The notes: a model not told the origin generated them from the letters alone. A stretch of DNA of 64,000 nucleotides from Patescibacteria group bacterium (GCA_004321885.1 SCQK01000014.1:32001-96000), one strand, 5' to 3'. Positions 1 through 8,857 are shown, counted from the first letter of the stretch. Numbers and translations are program-made.

Positions 1-15
1 ACGCCTGAAGCGACA

Positions 16-537
16 ATGGGTGCGTCTCTATATTTGGAGTGCCAAAGAAGAAACAATGAATCACGATTTGTTAAGGTGGGGAGAGATAAATGGGCTTTGT
101 CGGAATGGGGTAAAAAAGCTATCCAAGTTGAAATTGAAAAATACGATAAGGCGACTCAAGAAATTCAATTAAAAATTCGTAAAACAATTGTTGGCGATCC
201 GTTAAATTTTGACGGGCTACAATACGCGCCCATAAATGAACAAGGTGTGGTTTTTCTTTTTGGGAAGTTGCATAAGGAGTTGGGGATAATAGTTGAGGCG
301 ATACAAACAGGATTCCCAGATGCAAAGGGACGTAAGAAAATACGAGCCGGTTGGCAAGAGATAGCAATTGAGTTTGAGTATCGCAGTTCTAATTTTTTGT
401 CTCATAAGCACGAGATTCAACACTGTGATTTGATTGTATGTTGGATGCACGATTGGAAAGAGTGCCCGTTAGAAGTAGTTGAGTTGAAGTCAATTATTGA
501 AAAGAAATTAAAAAATGGAGATGAACAAAATTTTTGA
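16..537 (+). CDS. Hypothetical protein, possible winged-helix (Mrr_N/HARE-HTH-like) N-terminus with nuclease-like C-terminus. AT-rich.
   Basis: ATG at 16; 173 aa. N-terminus RFVKVGRDKWALSEWG looks like a winged helix. C-terminal FPDAKG...IAIEFEYR resembles a degenerate PD-(D/E)xK motif. Overlaps the next ORF by 23 nt (operonic). Local GC is well below the window average. Confidence 0.3.
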   Translation: MGASLYLECQRRNNESRFVKVGRDKWALSEWGKKAIQVEIEKYDKATQEIQLKIRKTIVGDPLNFDGLQYAPINEQGVVFLFGKLHKELGIIVEAIQTGFPDAKGRKKIRAGWQEIAIEFEYRSSNFLSHKHEIQHCDLIVCWMHDWKECPLEVVELKSIIEKKLKNGDEQNF

Positions 538-1156
538 AGAAAAATATAGGAAAAGAATTGAAGGAAATATCAAAAGGTTGCTTAATATTAATTTTAGTAT
601 TCTCAAAATTGAACGACCATGGGCTGTTGGAGATTTTTTTGGAAATGACTTTGAAAAAATTTTTGGCAATTTAGGATTAAATTATTCGTTGTCTTTCGCC
701 CGTCGCGCCATGGCCGATTTGGCGTTTACGGATAAAAACGGATTTTATTATGTCGTTGACGTAAAAACGCACCGGCTTGACACAAAATTCAATATGCCCA
801 ATCTGACTTCGGTAGAACGGCTGGCGCGATTTTACGAGGAAGATGCCAATTATTTTTCTATCCTTAAGGTTGATTACCTTGCCAATGGAACGCGGGCTGA
901 AATTAAAAAAGTCACTTTCGCGCCGATTGAATTTTTTGATTGGAGTTGTCTGACTATCGGCACGTTGGGATGGGGCCAAATTCAAATCGCGAACGCGAAT
1001 GTCGTAAAAATAGCACACAAAAACAGTCGGAAAAAATGGATGCTGGATTTATGCGATACGATGTTGGATTTTTATCCAAAGGAGATAGGAAAAATACATG
1101 AGAGGGTAGAACATTTCAAGAAAGTGAGGAAATTTTGGGAGAAGAAGACGAGTTAA
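515..1156 (+). CDS. Putative PD-(D/E)xK nuclease (restriction-endonuclease-like).
   Basis: 213 aa. Motif LAFTD-x10-FYYVVDVKT fits the hPD...(D/E)xK beta-strand signature. AT-rich. Translationally coupled to the upstream ORF. No methyltransferase within the window. Confidence 0.4.
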   Translation: MEMNKIFEEKYRKRIEGNIKRLLNINFSILKIERPWAVGDFFGNDFEKIFGNLGLNYSLSFARRAMADLAFTDKNGFYYVVDVKTHRLDTKFNMPNLTSVERLARFYEEDANYFSILKVDYLANGTRAEIKKVTFAPIEFFDWSCLTIGTLGWGQIQIANANVVKIAHKNSRKKWMLDLCDTMLDFYPKEIGKIHERVEHFKKVRKFWEKKTS

Positions 1157-1172
1157 AAACGGAAATGCCAGT

Positions 1173-3869
1173 ATGAAAGAACTTCCAAAGGCCTACGAGC
1201 CGCGAAAATACGAGGATAAGATATATGAACGTTGGGAAAAGAGCGGGTTGTTCAACCCCGATGTTTGTGTGGAAAAAGGCGTTGCCGATAAGAAGGCGAA
1301 GCCGTTTTCCATTGTCCTGCCTCCGCCCAACGTGACCGGCACCTTGCATTTGGGCCAGGCCTTGATGCTGTCGGTGCAGGATTTGCTGGTTCGTTATCAC
1401 CGCATGAAGAGCGACAAGACCTTGTGGGTGCCGGGCACTGACCACGCGGCAATTGCCACGCAGACCAAAGTGGAGAAATTGCTGATTCAGCAGGGGGTGA
1501 AAGACCCGCGCGCTGAATTGGGCCGGGAAAAATTTTTGAAAGAAGTAAACAAATTCGCGCAGGAATCGCACGATATCATCGTGAACCAGTGCCGCAAAAT
1601 GGGCGCGTCCTTGGATTGGACGCGTGAGGCCTTTACTTTGGACGAGCAAAGAAATCTGGCCGTGCGCACGATGTTCAAGATGATGTACGACGACGGCCTT
1701 ATTTACCGCGGCCATCGCATTGTAAACTGGTGCCCGCGTTGTCATTCCACTCTGGCCGACGACGAGGTGGAGTACAAAGCCCAGGCCGGCAAACTTTACA
1801 CTTTTAGATACGCCGATGATTTTCCTTTTGCCATTTCCACCACCAGGCCCGAAACCAAGCTGGGCGATACGGCCGTGGCCGTAAACCCGAACGACGAGCG
1901 CTATAAAAAATATATCGGCAAAGTTTTTGAAGTAAAAAAATTCGCGGGCGGACCGGATTTGAAAATAAAAGTGATTGCCAGCGAAGACGTGGACACAGAC
2001 TTTGGCACGGGCGCGCTTGGCGTTACTCCGGCGCACAGCTTTGCTGACTATGAAATGGCGCAAAAAAATAAATTGCTGGTGATTAAAGTGATTGATGAAG
2101 ACGGGAAAATTACCAAAGAGGCCGGCAAGCATTATAAGGGGTTCACGGTTTTGGAAGCGCGGGCGCGGGTGCTGGAAAACCTGCGCGAATTGAATTTGCT
2201 GGAAAAAGAGGAAGATGTTTCCAATAATTTATCTGTTTGCTATCGCTGTGAAAGTCCGGTGGAGCCTATTCCCTCCAAGCAGTGGTTCATAGACGTGAAC
2301 AAGAAATTCAGAATCAAGAATGAAGAATTAAGAATAAAGGGATTGAAAGTGAACAGCGAAGTGACGTTGAAACAATTGATGTCGGTCGCGGTGAAAAATG
2401 GACAGATAGAAATTATTCCGGACCGCTTCAACAAAACTTATTTTCATTGGATAGACAATTTGCGCGACTGGTGTATCAGCCGGCAAATTTGGTACGGCCA
2501 CCAGATTCCGGTGTGGTACAAAGGCGAGGAAATTTTCGTGGACGTAGAGGCGCCAAAGGGCGATGGCTGGGCTCAAGACCCAGATACGCTGGATACCTGG
2601 TTCAGCTCTGGCCTGTGGACTTTTTCCACACTTGGCTGGCCCGACAAGACCGATGACTTGAAAAATTTTCATCCCACCTCGGTGATGGAAACCGGTTATG
2701 ATATTTTATTTTTTTGGGTGGCGCGCATGATTTTGATGACGACTTACGCGTTGGGCGATATTCCTTTTGAAAAGGTTTATCTGCACGGTTTGGTGCGCGA
2801 CGAGCAGGGGCGCAAAATGAGCAAATCGTTGGGTAACGCGATTGACCCGCTGGACATGATAAGAGAGTATGGAGCCGACGCCGTCCGCCTGTCGTTGCTT
2901 ATTGGCACCAGCCCGGGCAATGATATGAAGCTGTCGGTGGAAAAAATCGCTGGTTTTCGCAATTTCACCAACAAGCTGTGGAATATCTGCCGGTTTATGC
3001 TGATGAACATCGGCAAGGATGTCATTCTGACCCCGACTCAGTCGGGGGAAGAATCCCTTTCAAAAACCCTGGCCGACAAGTGGATTTTGAATCGGTTGCG
3101 CGCAGTAATTAATATTGTCACAGAAAATATTGAAAAGTTTAATTTTTCTTACGCCGGAGAGCGTCTGCGCGATTTCACCTGGGGCGATTTGGCGGATTGG
3201 TATTTGGAGGTCGCAAAAATAGAAGGTGATAAGTCGGAAATCTTAAATTACATTTTAAGCGTGATTTTGAGACTTTGGCACCCGTTCATGCCCTTTGTCA
3301 CCGAACAAATTTGGCAGGATATTTATGGGAAAGAAAAAATGTTGATGGTGGAAAAATGGCCGGAAAAAATTAAATCGTTAGTTGATTCTTCACTCATCGG
3401 GATGACTGATTTTGATTATGCGAGAAATATAATTTTTCAACTTCGCTCATTGCGAGCTGAATATAAAATTGAACCGACAAAAAAAATAAATGTCGCAATC
3501 AGCGCGGGCGCTAAAGAACAAATTTTGAAGGATAACAAGGAGATGATCGTTAAAATGGCTAAAATTGATAATTTGATAATTGGAAAAGAGGTAAAAAAAC
3601 CGATAAACGCAGTTACATTTTTTGAACCGCCATGTGTTACTGTTTTTATGGACCTGGCTGGTTCGGTGGATTTGGTCAAGGAAAAAGAACGGCTGAAAAA
3701 AGAAATTGAGCAAACGGAAAAATATGTGGAAATACAAAAGAAAAAATTAGCCAACAAAGAATTCGTGGCAAACGCCCCCGCAGAAATCGTGGAAAAAGAA
3801 CAGCAGAAACTTTCTGAATGTGAAGCGAAGCTGGGGAAATTAAAAAATCAATTGAAGAGTCTAAAATGA
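1173..3869 (+). CDS. valS: Valyl-tRNA synthetase
   Basis: 898 aa. HIGH-type motif PPPNVTGTLHLGQA, KMSKS (GRKMSKSLGN), C-terminal coiled coil typical of ValRS. Confidence 0.95.
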   Translation: MKELPKAYEPRKYEDKIYERWEKSGLFNPDVCVEKGVADKKAKPFSIVLPPPNVTGTLHLGQALMLSVQDLLVRYHRMKSDKTLWVPGTDHAAIATQTKVEKLLIQQGVKDPRAELGREKFLKEVNKFAQESHDIIVNQCRKMGASLDWTREAFTLDEQRNLAVRTMFKMMYDDGLIYRGHRIVNWCPRCHSTLADDEVEYKAQAGKLYTFRYADDFPFAISTTRPETKLGDTAVAVNPNDERYKKYIGKVFEVKKFAGGPDLKIKVIASEDVDTDFGTGALGVTPAHSFADYEMAQKNKLLVIKVIDEDGKITKEAGKHYKGFTVLEARARVLENLRELNLLEKEEDVSNNLSVCYRCESPVEPIPSKQWFIDVNKKFRIKNEELRIKGLKVNSEVTLKQLMSVAVKNGQIEIIPDRFNKTYFHWIDNLRDWCISRQIWYGHQIPVWYKGEEIFVDVEAPKGDGWAQDPDTLDTWFSSGLWTFSTLGWPDKTDDLKNFHPTSVMETGYDILFFWVARMILMTTYALGDIPFEKVYLHGLVRDEQGRKMSKSLGNAIDPLDMIREYGADAVRLSLLIGTSPGNDMKLSVEKIAGFRNFTNKLWNICRFMLMNIGKDVILTPTQSGEESLSKTLADKWILNRLRAVINIVTENIEKFNFSYAGERLRDFTWGDLADWYLEVAKIEGDKSEILNYILSVILRLWHPFMPFVTEQIWQDIYGKEKMLMVEKWPEKIKSLVDSSLIGMTDFDYARNIIFQLRSLRAEYKIEPTKKINVAISAGAKEQILKDNKEMIVKMAKIDNLIIGKEVKKPINAVTFFEPPCVTVFMDLAGSVDLVKEKERLKKEIEQTEKYVEIQKKKLANKEFVANAPAEIVEKEQQKLSECEAKLGKLKNQLKSLK
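3031..3047. repeat. Perfect palindrome CCCCGAC-TCA-GTCGGGG inside valS
   Basis: Read directly: ccccgactcagtcgggg, encoding ...TPTQSGEE.... Same CCCCGAC/GTCGGGG arms as the 38-nt element and the pseudo-tRNA hairpin. Confidence 0.6.
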
Positions 3870-3895
3870 TGGGTTTATAAGTTTGGATATTTTTT

Positions 3896-5086
3896 ATGAA
3901 AATCAACACAGACGCCAAAAAAATAGAAGAATTTTTAACGCGGGGAGTGGAGGCGCTCTATCCCAGCAAAGAGGAGTTTAGGAAAATACTTTCTTCCGGA
4001 AAACGATTGCGCGCTTATCAGGGTTTTGACCCGACCGGTCCATATTTGCATGTTGGCCATGCGATTGGCATCCGGGCGCTGCGTATTTTACAGGAGCTGG
4101 GACATGAAGTGATTTTTTTGGTAGGCGATTTTACGGCAACCATAGGAGACCCCGATAAGGATACGACAAGAGAAATGCTTACTGATGAGCAGATTGAAAA
4201 AAATATGTCCGGGTGGAAAAAGCAAGCTTCACAGTTGATTGATTTTAGAGGAAAGAATCCGGTACAATTCAAACGTAATTCGGAATGGCTCGAAAAATTG
4301 CGTTTGAGAGACGTTCTCCGGATGATGTCAAAAACAACTTTACAAAGAACCATGGAAAGAGATTTGTTTGATAGACGTTTGAAAGCTGCGGATCCGATCC
4401 GCTTGCATGAGGTGGCGTATCCCGCGATGCAAGGTTATGACGGAGTGGCGATGGACGTTGACATAGAGATTGGAGGAGCCGATCAGACTTTTAATATGTT
4501 GACTGGTCGTGTTTTGACCAAGGCATATTTAAATAAGGAAAAATTCGTGCGGGCTAATAGAATGATGAACGCGCCGGATAAAATTACAATGAGTAAAACC
4601 AAGGGTAACGGCATAAATTTATCCGATGAACCGAAGGATATGTACGGCAAGGCCATGTCTTATGCTGATAGTGAAATAATTAATGGTTTGGAATTGTTGA
4701 CTGAATTGCCAATGGCTAAAGTTGAAGAAATTAAACAATCTTTAGAAAGAGGAGAGAACCCCATTAAATACAAAAAACTGATGGCTTTTGAGATAGTAAA
4801 AATTATCAAGGGCGAGCAGACGGCTCTGAAAGCCCAGCAACATTTTGAAAGCGTTTTTCAAAGCAAGGCTAAACCGGAAGGGATGCCGGAAGTGAAGCCG
4901 AGCGTTTATGATATTATCGCGGTGCTCGTTGAATCAAAAATATGTCCGAGTAAAGGAGAAGCTCGGCGCGTCATCGCCCAGGGTGGAGTAAAAATAAACG
5001 ACAAAAAAGTTGAAGGGATTGAGGCGAGAGTGAAAGCGGGGGATGTGGTGCAGAAGGGGAGCCGGTGGTTTGTGAGAGTTCTATGA
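3896..5086 (+). CDS. tyrS: Tyrosyl-tRNA synthetase
   Basis: 396 aa. GFDPTGPYLHVGHAIG (HIGH), KMSKTKGN (KMSKS), C-terminal S4-like domain. Confidence 0.9.
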   Translation: MKINTDAKKIEEFLTRGVEALYPSKEEFRKILSSGKRLRAYQGFDPTGPYLHVGHAIGIRALRILQELGHEVIFLVGDFTATIGDPDKDTTREMLTDEQIEKNMSGWKKQASQLIDFRGKNPVQFKRNSEWLEKLRLRDVLRMMSKTTLQRTMERDLFDRRLKAADPIRLHEVAYPAMQGYDGVAMDVDIEIGGADQTFNMLTGRVLTKAYLNKEKFVRANRMMNAPDKITMSKTKGNGINLSDEPKDMYGKAMSYADSEIINGLELLTELPMAKVEEIKQSLERGENPIKYKKLMAFEIVKIIKGEQTALKAQQHFESVFQSKAKPEGMPEVKPSVYDIIAVLVESKICPSKGEARRVIAQGGVKINDKKVEGIEARVKAGDVVQKGSRWFVRVL

Positions 5087-6822
5087 AGATAATTACAGAC
5101 AAAATTGAGAAGTTTTTAACGGAAGCCGGAATCGTCGGTGAAATTAAATTTAAAAAACCCGATCCAAAAATATTGGATGTTTTTGATTACGATATTGCTA
5201 TTCCTTGTTTTAATTTAAAAACGAGGGTGCAAGATAACGCGGAAGGGGTCATGGTTGCGCAAAGGATTGTTGGTAGTTTGAAAAGCGCAAGGACAGAGCT
5301 GCCGTTTTTAGATGAAGTTAAACAAGTAAGTTCATACGTTAATATTACGTTAAATGCAGGCGAAATAGCTAATTTAGTTTTGCGGCAAGCCACAAAAAAA
5401 GATTTTGGCGCCAGCAAAACGGGCAAAGGAAAGAAAGTAATGGTGGAGTTCGCGCATCCCAACACGCACAAGCAATTTCACATCGGCCATTTGCGCAATA
5501 TCTGCACCGGCGAAAGCGTGGCGCGTATTTTGGAAAACGCCGGCCACAAAGTTATCCGCGCGAACTATCAGGGCGATGTGGGGATGCACATTGCAAAATG
5601 CCTGTGGGGCATTTTGAAATTTCCAATTTCCAATTTTCAATTTCCAAAAGCGATTGACGAGCGGGTGAAATTGCTTGGCGAAGCGTACGCGAAAGGGGCG
5701 CTGGCTTACGAAGAAAGCGAACTGGCCAAAAAAGAAATTGAAGTCATCAATGAAAAAATTTATTCTAAAAAAGATAAAGATATAAATAAACTTTACAAAG
5801 AAACGCGCGAATGGAGCTTGGAATATTTTGGTAAAATTTACAAACGAGTCGGCAGTAAGTTTGACCGGCTGTATTTTGAATCAGAGACATTCGCGCCGGG
5901 CAAGGACATAGTGCTGGTCGGTTTGAACAAAGGGATTTTCAAGGAAAGCCAGGGCGCGGTAATTTTTGAGGGAGAAAAATACGGCTTGCACAATCGCGTG
6001 TTTTTGAACAGCCGCGGCTTGCCGGTTTACGAAGCCAAAGATTTGGCGCTGGCGAGACTGCAATTTCAGGAATACAAACCAGAATATATTTTACACGTCG
6101 TGGCCAAAGAACAGACAGATTATTTCAAGGTTGTTTTCAAAGCCATGGAGTTTACTTTGCCCGAGAGCAAAGGCCGGGAAAAGCATTTGGTCTATGGCTG
6201 GGTGAGTTTGAAAGAAGGCAAGATGAGTTCGCGTTCGGGCAACGTGGTTTTGGGCGAGTGGCTTTTGGATGAAGTAAAAAAGAAAGTGGCTGAAGCAATG
6301 AAAGAGCACAATGTGCGGGATAGGGAAGGGGTGCTGGAAAAAGTGGCTATGGCCGCGGTGAAGTATGCTTTCCTGCGAACAAGCATCAGCAACGATATTG
6401 TTTTTGATATAAACCAGTCGGTGAGTTTAACCGGGGACAGCGGGCCGTATCTGCAATACATTGTCGCGCGCATTAGTAGCATCCTCAAAAAAGCAGGCAG
6501 GGGTTCGTTTGGTCTCCCCTTTAGAAGGGGAGATGCCCCGCAAGGGCAGAGGGGTATTGAACCGGCAGAAAAATCACTCCTTCTTTCTCTTTCCGAATTT
6601 CCCGAGGTCGCCCAAAGCGCGGCCGAAGAAACAGACCCGTCCAAAATCGCGCATTATCTGCTGGGACTGGCGCAATCATTCAATAGTTTTTACGGCCAGT
6701 GTCCGGTATTACCGGCCGATGAAGAAATGAAAAAATTCAGATTAGCGATAATTAGGGCGGTAAAAAATGTAATGGAAAAAGGATTGCGTTTGCTCGGCAT
6801 TGAGAGCGTGGAAGAGATGTGA
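5083..6822 (+). CDS. argS: Arginyl-tRNA synthetase
   Basis: VEFAHPNTHKQFHIGHLRN class-I motif, C-terminal DALR-type anticodon-binding region. ATG at 5083 overlaps the tyrS stop (ATGA). The ORF track start 5065 is a GTG extension. Confidence 0.85.
   Translation: MKIITDKIEKFLTEAGIVGEIKFKKPDPKILDVFDYDIAIPCFNLKTRVQDNAEGVMVAQRIVGSLKSARTELPFLDEVKQVSSYVNITLNAGEIANLVLRQATKKDFGASKTGKGKKVMVEFAHPNTHKQFHIGHLRNICTGESVARILENAGHKVIRANYQGDVGMHIAKCLWGILKFPISNFQFPKAIDERVKLLGEAYAKGALAYEESELAKKEIEVINEKIYSKKDKDINKLYKETREWSLEYFGKIYKRVGSKFDRLYFESETFAPGKDIVLVGLNKGIFKESQGAVIFEGEKYGLHNRVFLNSRGLPVYEAKDLALARLQFQEYKPEYILHVVAKEQTDYFKVVFKAMEFTLPESKGREKHLVYGWVSLKEGKMSSRSGNVVLGEWLLDEVKKKVAEAMKEHNVRDREGVLEKVAMAAVKYAFLRTSISNDIVFDINQSVSLTGDSGPYLQYIVARISSILKKAGRGSFGLPFRRGDAPQGQRGIEPAEKSLLLSLSEFPEVAQSAAEETDPSKIAHYLLGLAQSFNSFYGQCPVLPADEEMKKFRLAIIRAVKNVMEKGLRLLGIESVEEM
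6514..6534. repeat. In-frame palindrome TCTCCCC-TTTAGAA-GGGGAGA inside argS
   Basis: Perfect 7-bp arms. Encodes GLPFRRGDA in an ArgRS insertion region. Confidence 0.6.
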
Positions 6823-6928
6823 CATGCCATATAATATTCCTCTCCCTCTTAGGAGGAGGATAGAATAGGGGGTATTTGGGCAATCCACGCCCTTTTTTAA
6901 TTTATCCGCAACTTATCAACTGTACACC

Positions 6929-6957
6929 TTGACAGTACACCTAACGAGGTGTACTAT
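6929..6957 (+). promoter_or_regulatory. Sigma70-like promoter TTGACA-N17-TACTAT with GTACACC operator repeats upstream of the antitoxin gene
   Basis: TTGACA at 6929-6934, 17-nt spacer, TACTAT at 6952-6957. GTACACC occurs twice direct (6922, 6935) and once inverted (GGTGTAC 6948-6954), typical of TA autoregulatory operators. Confidence 0.4.
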
Positions 6958-6963
6958 TTATCT

Positions 6964-7185
6964 ATGAAAATCACTATCCACGGTATGTCTAAGATAATAA
7001 AAGAAGAAGGCGTTGAGAGAGTGACTCTTAAACTACCAAAAAGCGTGGCAGTGTATTTTCGCAAAGCTTTTCCGCACGGGAAGCGCAGCGATTTTGTGGC
7101 GCGGCAAATTTTGCGATACAAGCACGAACGGGAAGTGGGCGAGATTGAAGAAAAATTGCGCGAGGCCAGCGCTGGAAGGCAATAA
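6964..7185 (+). CDS. Ribbon-helix-helix (CopG/RelB-like) antitoxin
   Basis: 73 aa from ATG 6964 (track start 6949 is GTG). ERVTLKLPKSVAVYFRK followed by a helix GKRSDFVARQILR fits the RHH fold. Immediately upstream of the MazF-like toxin. Confidence 0.5.
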   Translation: MKITIHGMSKIIKEEGVERVTLKLPKSVAVYFRKAFPHGKRSDFVARQILRYKHEREVGEIEEKLREASAGRQ

Positions 7186-7191
7186 TAATTT

Positions 7192-7563
7192 ATGACAAAT
7201 GAATCGGAAAATATGTATTGCGGGGCCATAAAAAGGGGCGAGGTTTTTATCTGCGACCTGGCCGGCAAAAAAGCGTGGGCGCTTGTTCTGCAAGACAATG
7301 TTCTAAACGGCTGTTTGCCCACCGTGGTTTGCGCGCCGATAGAGCCGAGAAAAAAGACAGACAGGTTGTATATCAACGAAGTGGTTTTGCCGGGCGTGGA
7401 GACCGGCTTGGGCAAAGACGGCATTTGCCTGCCTTATAAAATAATTAGTATTGACCGCCGGCGGATTATCGCGAAAAAAGGCGAAGTTTCCAAAGAAAAA
7501 ATGGCAGAGGTTTATCAAGCGCTGGATATTACGTTGGGAAGGTTTAGGGATAAAAAATTTTGA
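7192..7563 (+). CDS. MazF/PemK-family toxin endoribonuclease
   Basis: 123 aa. GEVFICDL...ALVLQDNVLN...TVVCAPI...GLGKDGICLPYKIISIDRRRI matches the PemK/MazF/CcdB-like toxin pattern. Confidence 0.7.
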   Translation: MTNESENMYCGAIKRGEVFICDLAGKKAWALVLQDNVLNGCLPTVVCAPIEPRKKTDRLYINEVVLPGVETGLGKDGICLPYKIISIDRRRIIAKKGEVSKEKMAEVYQALDITLGRFRDKKF

Positions 7564-7675
7564 CGTTCTTTCCAGTCGCTCCTTTGATTTTGAGGCTGAA
7601 ATTCGGCGTCAGAATTGAAGGAGCGATTTTTTCGCTCTTTGACAAGTTACACAAACCATCTGGAAGGATGAATAA

Positions 7676-8857
7676 ATGAACCGGGAAAAAAATCTGAAGA
7701 CCATGCCGCGTGCGATTTTCGTATCGCACGCATTGCTCCCCGACTACAAGTCGAGTGAGCTCATCAGCCGCCGGCTCAAAGAACTCGGCCAGGGGTGGCC
7801 GGAAAAGGGGAAAGAGCCGGGGTTTATCCACTGGCTAACCTTCCCGGTGGTTCCGCCCCAGGAGAGTGGCGGTCGGCCGATTCTCGTGGATTTTCTTATC
7901 ATTCCGCTTTTCGCCGACGCCTACTTCAGGGCTATCGCCAGCGGCAAGGCCTATGTTTGGGCCTGCGAGGCTGTGGAAAGGGCCGTTGAGAACGCGCTCT
8001 TGGACGGCGTGTCGCCTGACGATATCTGGGTTGGTTGGGGGGCGTTCACTAAGATAGCCACTCATCACGGGAAGCTATTTTTGGAGAACAACCCCAAGTT
8101 CTCCTCAAATTCAACCCATGGAGACGCTGGCACTGGCGCGTTGGTGATAGAAGCTATCCTAGAAGCCGGCTTCAAGCCTGGCTTTAAGGTAGCGGTAATC
8201 GGCGCCAATGGGGCCATTGGTGACGCGGTTAGTCGCGTTCTTCCTTCCCTATCCCCGGCGAGTATCATGCTTGTGGGCAGGGAAGACGCGCCCGGGCAGG
8301 ACCGCAATTTTCTGCGTCTGCGGGAATTGGGCGTGTGCGTGGCGCAGAAAGTGAACGGCGGCCAAACCAAAGTCACCACGCACCAGGACAAGCGCACGGC
8401 CTGTCTGGAACAGGGAAGCGACCTGGTCATAGTCGCGACAAGCGGCAGTACGGTCGTTCGTCCCACTGAAGTTCCACATGGCGCGCTGGTGCTGGACATC
8501 ACGACGCCGAGCGCGTGCGGAACAGATCCGCGCGGGTGGGAGGGCAAGATGGTAGTTTTGGCCGGTTGCGGACAGTTTCTTCCGGGTGTTCTCCCGCTGG
8601 TCTTCGGCGAGACTGGCGGCGAGCCCATACTTGACGTCGGCGCCGGCGGCGCACTCTGCTTGTGGGGTTGCACGGGCGAAACAATCTCCCGTGCGGTTTT
8701 TGGGGTTCGCGGTCATCTCGCCGGACCCGAGATCCCCTTGGAAGCGGTTACGCAATGCGCCGAGCACTTTAGGGGGCTCGGCTTTGCGCCCCAGCCTTTC
8801 ACGGCGTTCGGAAAGTCCGTCGCGACCGACGCCGTGCGCCAGTTCGTCGCCGCGTAG
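7676..8857 (+). CDS. NAD(P)-binding oxidoreductase, shikimate/quinate-dehydrogenase-like fold. GC-rich gene.
   Basis: 393 aa. THGDAGTGALV...KVAVIGANGAIGDAVSRVL (GxxGxxG Rossmann after an N-terminal substrate domain). GC visibly higher than flanks (long antisense ORFs are a GC artefact). Followed by a strong terminator. Confidence 0.4.
   Translation: MNREKNLKTMPRAIFVSHALLPDYKSSELISRRLKELGQGWPEKGKEPGFIHWLTFPVVPPQESGGRPILVDFLIIPLFADAYFRAIASGKAYVWACEAVERAVENALLDGVSPDDIWVGWGAFTKIATHHGKLFLENNPKFSSNSTHGDAGTGALVIEAILEAGFKPGFKVAVIGANGAIGDAVSRVLPSLSPASIMLVGREDAPGQDRNFLRLRELGVCVAQKVNGGQTKVTTHQDKRTACLEQGSDLVIVATSGSTVVRPTEVPHGALVLDITTPSACGTDPRGWEGKMVVLAGCGQFLPGVLPLVFGETGGEPILDVGAGGALCLWGCTGETISRAVFGVRGHLAGPEIPLEAVTQCAEHFRGLGFAPQPFTAFGKSVATDAVRQFVAA

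Noticed and set aside
1116-2132. 338-aa minus-strand ORF antisense to valS
   Set aside because: Entirely inside the confidently identified valS. Translation lacks motifs and has odd composition.
6837-6860. Apparent palindrome CCTCTCCCTCTTAGGAGGAGGA after argS
   Set aside because: Arms do not actually pair (reverse complement mismatches at most positions). Likely just a purine/pyrimidine-rich RBS-like stretch.
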